The notes beneath the pieces were generated by a model. That model searched no databases. It worked only from the letters and a program-made list of their open reading frames with translations, and was not told where the DNA came from. The position numbers and the translations under genes are program-made. A DNA stretch of 64,000 bases, from assembly GCA_008632985.1 (NCBI GenBank), contig QPGO01000078.1:124001-188000 (forward strand), given 5' to 3'. Shown piece by piece: positions 57,780-64,000 of the stretch. How positions within the stretch are numbered: the first letter of the stretch is position 1; every line of letters begins with the position of its first letter. Origin of the DNA: Psammoneis japonica. Lineage: Eukaryota.

Positions 57780-58930
57780 CCTGCTTGCCAAATTCACCAG
57801 GTCATGCAAGGAGACTCCTTGACATGGGGTGCCATTCATTTTCTTGAGTTGATGAGAGATGGCAATCCTGGTTTTGATTTCCATCTAAAAAGGGATGATG
57901 AAACTGGCTGGCCCAAGGCTTTGTTGCACATGTTGCTGGAGATGTGTCAAGACCTTCAGCAATGTGGTGATGTTGTTCACCTTCATGCACAGAAGCAGCA
58001 GCACAACAAAGCTGGTTGGCCCATTGTCAAGAATTCAGAGATGAAGACATGCACTGTCTCTGAGTGCATTTGCCTTGAGGAGGACTTCAAGCATTTTGTT
58101 CTTTGGTCTGTGGAGGAAATGATGGACAGAAAATGGTCAACCAAAGACATGTGCATTTTGTTGTCAACCAAATGCTGGCTGAAGGTTTTGTGCAGGGACT
58201 TGGGGATGACAGAAACATGCTGTTGCAGTGTGACTGTTGTCACACTTTCCTCAAAGTTTGGCCAAAGCCAGAAAACTTTGGTGTGTTTGTCCACTGCAAG
58301 AAGATCAAGGACCAGTTGCAGCAGATGCTTCTCTCAGATGCTGTCCAGCAATGGGATGAAGCATCCACTGAGACCAAAGAACACCTGGCGGATGATGCAC
58401 AGAAGCTTTGCCTTTTGTGTTTGAACTGTGACAATGCACAACATTGTGTGCCAGGATGCCACCTGTCAAGCAAGTTCCTGGCAACCTTTGCTTGAAAGGA
58501 TCCGCATCAACAGAACAAAACCATGCCAGCATCGCAGCTCACTTGGGGAAAGGAGCCCCATGGAGCATTGTGAAGTGCCTGAAAATGTTGTTGGAATGCC
58601 AAGCATCCATTGCAAAGAAGTGCTGCAAGGAGCAAAACAACCTGTTCATGAGGTCCTCTCAATGCTGCTCCACATCACAAAAGGGCACAGTTGCACATGA
58701 GACAGCAAAACAGTCTTTGTCATGCTCTGCATGCAAAGGTTTGTTTGCACCAGCATTCCATGCCAAGCACACTCTTCAAAATGTTTAAGATCTCAATGTG
58801 CATCAAGCAAGGCATGCATTGCAGCTGCAACCAATCTGCTGGGTTCTTGCATCAGTGCATGCACAAGGTGTCAGTTGATGGCCAAAAAATCATGATGGAC
58901 AAACACAGCCAGTGCTGGCTTTCAGAAAGA
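57780..58930 (+). mobile_element. Decayed MULE/Mutator transposase with SWIM finger
   Basis: FDFHLKRDDETGWPKALLHM..EMCQDLQQCGDVVHLHAQKQQHNKAGWP resembles the YGDxxxLDxxxxxxNxxxWP MULE core; CSCNQSAGFLHQCMH (~58820-58865) is SWIM-like. Confidence 0.6.
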
Positions 58931-59726
58931 GGGTCCAACTCCCAGGTTCCAGAAAATTTGTTCACAGCCAACAGACAAGTCCAGCCAGAGATGAACGCAG
59001 CAGCAGGTGTTGATGATGATGATGACTTGGATGATGAATGAAGCAACATTGTGCTTCATGATGTGAACCAGGCCATCAAAAGGTGTGATGGCTTGGACAG
59101 CAAAATGGCTGCTGAATCATCTGACATGGTCAACAATGATGCACAAGCTGCTGAATGAGTGGCACATGGTTGCATTGTTCTCAAGGGTCATCAACTGGCA
59201 GAGCATCCACAGAATGACATGGAACAGCTGTCAAACAATGTTGGGCCATGGACAAAAGAGCATGTCAAAGAATGCAACCTTTGAAGCCATGGTGCCAATG
59301 AGTCTGGTGCAGGTCAATCATGATCACCCTCTTTTGGGACAAAGCAAGAGTGGCAACATGGCAGCAAAACAAAGATGGCTCATGTCTTCCCAAGAGCATT
59401 GTCACACAGTGTCTGTGGGAACTTGAAAATGTTCAACAACTGTTGCTTGTCTTTCCTCCAATGATGAAGACATCATTGGTCTGCCCAGGAAACAAGGAAG
59501 TTGAAAGTGCTCCATGTGCAAAAAGATGGGTCATTTTCAAGACAACTGCCCACGTCTCCCCGCTTTCAGGAGACCAGCCACCCCTCAAGGCAAAAGATGC
59601 AAGGCAAAGGTCTGTGTTTTTCACTCAACTGCAAAACATGGGTGTGGTCCCAACCATGAGCAGGGGTGCTGATGATGATCATGTGGTTTCTGAAATGCAC
59701 CTCAACAAGATGAGTGGGGTTGTCAT

Positions 59727-59844
59727 TCACCACTTGCTCCATGTGGCAGACAATCACCATGAAAGTTGCCTCTGGAGTGTTCTTGTCACCACTTGCTCCA
59801 TGTGGCAGACAATCACCATGAAAGTTGCCTCTGGAGTGTTCTTG
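59727..59844. repeat. Perfect 59-bp tandem duplication
   Basis: tcaccacttgctccatgtggcagacaatcaccatgaaagttgcctctggagtgttcttg twice. Confidence 0.92.
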
Positions 59845-61399
59845 GCCAACCACCAAGATGGCAAACACAGACCCTGACTTTGAGAAAAAAAACTGTTTGC
59901 TGTTGGTGCAGCAACCATGTTTGTCAACAAATTGTCCACTGTCATGTGGTCTGTGAGATGGATGCTGGTGTGGTTGCATGTCTGGCAACATCTTCCCAGA
60001 TGTGCACATTGAGTGCAACAGCAAAAAGGAGGAACCAGCAAAAGCAGCAGCAGTGGTGGCAGCAGCAGTCTTTTCTCTGCCAGCTGTGCTGTTGCTGTCT
60101 TTGCAAACTGCTCCATGCAGAACAATGACAATTGCATCCAGTGGCAGGCAGTGACAGCAGAGCCCTCTGACCACCATCATCAAAGAGAAAGATCATTGTT
60201 GAGAAAGCAAAGCATCCTTCACTTGCCACCCAGCCAACTGTGCTTTTTGCACAGGGCCCAGCAAGCACAATGGCACTTTGTTTGTTTCATGGAACACAAA
60301 AGGGTGGCAACAAGAACAACCACTTGGCTCTGGATTGCATTGTTTTGTCACAAATGGCTGTTCCTGTCCAAACCCACCACCAGAGGCATCTTCAACATGT
60401 TTCTGTGCTGAACCAGAGCAATGCTTGCCAACAATTAAAAATTGCACACATTTGCCTCCTGATGTTTCTGCCGATCTTCATCATGCACAGACACTGACTC
60501 TCATCATGGACGGTTGTCAATTCATGTGTCATCCAACCAATTTTTCTCTTTTAAGTTGCATGTTGTGCTTTTGTGTGTGCATCATTAAACTTGTTAAGTT
60601 TGCATGCATTTCATCCCTTTTCCTTCCAATTGCAAGTTGTTTCCCTTCTGTTTTGCTCAGTTTCTGCCAGATCTGTCCTTTTTTCCCACACTGCACACAC
60701 CACAACACGCCTGCTGACCCAAAGTCTGCCAATGACAATGGCACACCCCTGTTGCAATCCACTCTCTCCTGGTTGGATGCTGGTTGGATGTCTGACAACA
60801 ATGACCAGCATGCTCTCCGCTGACATTTTCAAAGGTGTCCCCAGTGCTCTTCCTTTTTTTGTTGTGGCCTCAACAATGCATCTTCCTCTCCCAACCACTC
60901 TCTGAGTGACAATGATGGTGCCTCCATCTCTTTTGATGCATCAGTGCCTCCCAACCATTCTCTTGATTCAAGCACCAAAGGATTTTTGTTCCTGTCTCTT
61001 CATGATGGCAATCCATTGTCCCACCTTTTCTGGATGGCAGTGATCATGAGTTTCAACCATCCACCCACAGTGACCCCTCCTCCAATGAACCACCATTGGA
61101 TTTTTCCTTTGACAACATTGTTGTTGATTCTCATCCTGCGCCACTGCTGGAGGAACTTAGCGCTGGGTCTCTTGCCCCAGTCCCTTCTGATGATGGCATC
61201 TGCTGTGATGAAGTCCTTTTCCTTGAGGAGGAGTTTGACATGCTCTCAGCACAATGCTCTGTGTCATCCTCTTCCCTCCCCAACAATGACAATGACAATG
61301 AAGGATTGCGCCACATTGGCACACTTGATTTGGGGGAGATGGAAGAAGCTGTTGCAACCTCCTTGCATTTGTGACACCAATGCCACCAAGAAGCTTCAT

Positions 61400-63970
61400 C
61401 TGGTGGAGGAAGAGGTGGGTGTGATGATGAAGAAGCACCGCCTCTCCCATGGTTTGTACAAGGCTTTTCTTTCTTGGGCCAAATGTGCCAAGGAGAGTGA
61501 CTGTGAGCACAAGTCTCTCTCATGCTCTGCTGCCTTGCAATGCATGAAAGACAAGAGCATTTTGATTTTGTTGGCCCAGAGCCCATTTGCTCCACAGTGC
61601 AATTGGGCCCCGATTTCCCCCCATGCATGTGTGCCAATGCTCCTTTCTGCATCATGTGAGAAGGGTCTTTTGTGATCCCCAGGTTGTCCAGTCATGTCAG
61701 TGGATGTGCAATGAGAGTTGCTGCCCCAAAACAAATGAGTGCATTTGTGACTCTCTTGACACTGGTGACTGGTGGAAGCAAGCAGAGCATGATCTCAAAT
61801 CTTCCCTTGACAACTCGGCAATGGCTGCCCATCTGGGTCACACTTTGTTTGCCCAGTTGTGCTGTTTGACGATTCCACCTTTTGTGACAACACAGGGCAT
61901 TTGCAAGCACAATCTGTTCTTGTGACATTGGGCATTTTTAATGAGAGTTGTTGCAGCCACTCCCTTTGGTCAACACTTGGAATGCTTCCACGACACCCCA
62001 AGACAAGCAACAAGCACACCACTGACCATCAGCCCAAGCTTGGACAGGAGACACACATCAAGTTCCACCACAGCACTTTGTGCAAGACATTCGCTGAGTT
62101 GCTTCAACTGTCAAAGCAAAAGACCAGTTTTCTGTTTGTGGTGCCATCTCTTGGCATTTGTCATCTTCACTTTTGATTGTGCATGACAATCAGCAATGTG
62201 AAAGAACTCCCATTCCAGCAACATCTCCCAGATGAACAGGGACTGTGACTTGCCACAGCATTTTGGTGACAATCCCTTGTTTGCTTGCAATTTGGTGGAA
62301 CAAGAGAACATCAAGGCACAGTGGAGGCTGCCATGGTGGCCGTGGAGGAAAGGCATCATGGCAAGGTGACTGCAGCTTGCAAATGGTGCAAGGACATTTC
62401 TCAGCACTTGGCTCATCCTGTGTTTTGGGACATCCCTCATGGCAGAGGAAAGCACAGCATTTTTGGCATGCTCCCCTGGGAACTGTTGCATGCCTTGCAC
62501 TTGGGTCTTTGCAAGCACCTGCTTCATGGCTTCTTCAACCTGCGTCAAGTCCCAGAAAAAATGTTGTCATGGTGCCATGAACATCATGTGGCCGGGGACT
62601 GCACAATGGACAAATGACCATCCATCACATTCAAGGAGCTCCCCAAGCTGTTTGAAAAAGCTGAGTTTGAGAGATGCTTCAGGGTTGTCACAGATGCGTC
62701 CAGGAGACAAAGCCATTGGAAGATGCCAAGAACTCCATTTAAGACAGGAGTCACTGACCAGACTTGTCTTTCTGGCCAAGAGCATCCAGGTTTGTTGCTT
62801 GTGACACTTGCTGCAATGAAAGGCATGCTGTCAAAAGAAGACAACAGCCACAAGCCACTGGAGAGTCACTTTGCCCACCTCATGTTCATGTCTTTGGGAT
62901 TGGGTGCAACACTGTCCATGTCCTCCAACAAGGAAAGCTTTCTCACTTGGCTTCAGAAATGCCTTTTCAAGTGTCTCCAATTGTTTGAATTTGCAGTCAG
63001 CCTGTTCAGAGAGTGCCGCCCTTGCTCTGGACTTCACACATCCAAGTTCCACGGCCTTCTTCACTTTCTTTTTTATGTTTGTCAGTGCAGCAATGCCAGC
63101 AATTTTTTTGGTGGATTCTGTGAAGCTCTTCTCAAGATGCTGCTTTTGAAGCAACCTGCTAAAACCACAAGTCGTTGGCATGACAGGCTTGACCCAGATG
63201 TGACAAATTGCCACCATGAGGACCTTGTGGTCAGGGAATCAGAGAAGCATTTGCTGGAGGTGGGTTGGACCTGCAGCTGGATTCAAACTGCACAAATCTG
63301 TGTTGACAGCCACTTGTGCTGCAAAGGCAGGTCACACCAATGCCGCATGGTTTGTAAAATGTGGCAACAAACAGCTTGAGACACCGTCACATCCTTTTGT
63401 TCCTGGCCATTGTGGGAACAAGTGGGTGACCTCCTTGCCAGATCATGCTGATCAACATGAAGCTTTCCCTGTTGACATTGTCAATTTTCATTTTGGATGC
63501 AGTGCTCTGGGCCCAGCCAATGACAAATGACATTCTAGGATGCCACCCCAACTTTCACTCCTGTCCATGGGAATGCAGGAGTTGGCATGACTGGGCCATG
63601 ATGAACTGGGACAAGAATGAAACAAGCTGTTCTGCAGCAGCTTGTGTGTCGTTGTGGGCAACCTTTGAAAATGAAACAACAGAGTGCAGCAAATCCATGG
63701 TTTGTGCAATCCAATCACTTTGGAGCTTCACACCATCCAAAGATTTGCTGCTGACCTTTTTCATCATGGATGCAATGGAGTCAGAAATCAAAGTCAATGA
63801 TGCTTCTGACACATTGTCCGCTGTCTTTGGTCTTCCATTGATGAGGTCAGAACAAGACCCCTTTCCCAACAATTTAGAGGATGCTGCTCATTTTGTTGTT
63901 GTCCCACCAAGGATTGACTGGTGCAACATGACTTTGTCATCAATGGAGGAACATTTGGCCCCTCAAAATT
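61400..63970 (+). mobile_element. Decayed Plavaka-like transposase
   Basis: LDTGDWWKQAE, LFDDSTFCD..GHL...VTLGIFN...WSTLGMLP, GMLPWELLHALHLGL, KFHGLLHF..NFFGGFCE..KQPAKTT and HPNF...WHDWAMMNW in the expected order, with frameshifts. Confidence 0.6.
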
Positions 63971-64000
63971 AGGAGGATTGCTGGTGAAGCATTGACAATT

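Larger units (their letters stand above)
39450..64000. other. Hypermutated repeat domain, nearly free of CpG and TpA
   Basis: TG/CA-rich throughout; ORFs in all six frames are short, Cys/His/Gln/Trp-rich and almost Tyr-free; contains relics of several transposon classes. Confidence 0.9.

Noticed and set aside
39450..64000. The many short Cys/His-rich ORFs as real genes, or an alternative genetic code
   Set aside because: Explained by loss of TA-containing stops and Tyr codons; recognisable motifs are frameshifted relics, and neighbouring genes use the standard code.
39450..64000. Classical fungal RIP
   Set aside because: RIP increases TpA and AT content and mutates both copies; here TpA is lost and source copies are intact.

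Overview
Eukaryotic nuclear DNA, most consistent with a pennate diatom (inferred from compact genes with short GT-AG introns, a Hog-type Hint protein and the transposon types). The left ~39 kb is gene-rich. It holds a secreted S8/S53-like protease fused to a Hint domain (missing from the ORF track because it runs off the window), a DIS3/RRP44-family exoribonuclease, two paralogous acidic coiled-coil proteins, a HET/TIR-like protein, a membrane protein, a SET methyltransferase, a large ARM-repeat protein and a multi-exon secreted Cys-rich protein. It also has a full-length Ty3/gypsy element and a 716-bp TRIM whose LTRs carry a tRNA-like Pol III cassette. From ~39.45 kb to the end, plus islands at ~2.7-4.5 kb and ~10.9-12.85 kb, the sequence is almost free of both CpG and TpA. 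It consists of decayed transposons and decayed copies of neighbouring genes. Two results stand out. (1) A repeat-targeted hypermutation converts TpA as well as CpG to TpG/CpA, the reverse of fungal RIP; it can be read from paired copies (LTRs, a target-site duplication, RT motifs, paralogues). (2) The TRIM's LTR-borne, anticodon-less tRNA mimic would pair with the element's own primer-binding site once CCA is added. All alignments and family calls were made by eye; no searches or counts were run.
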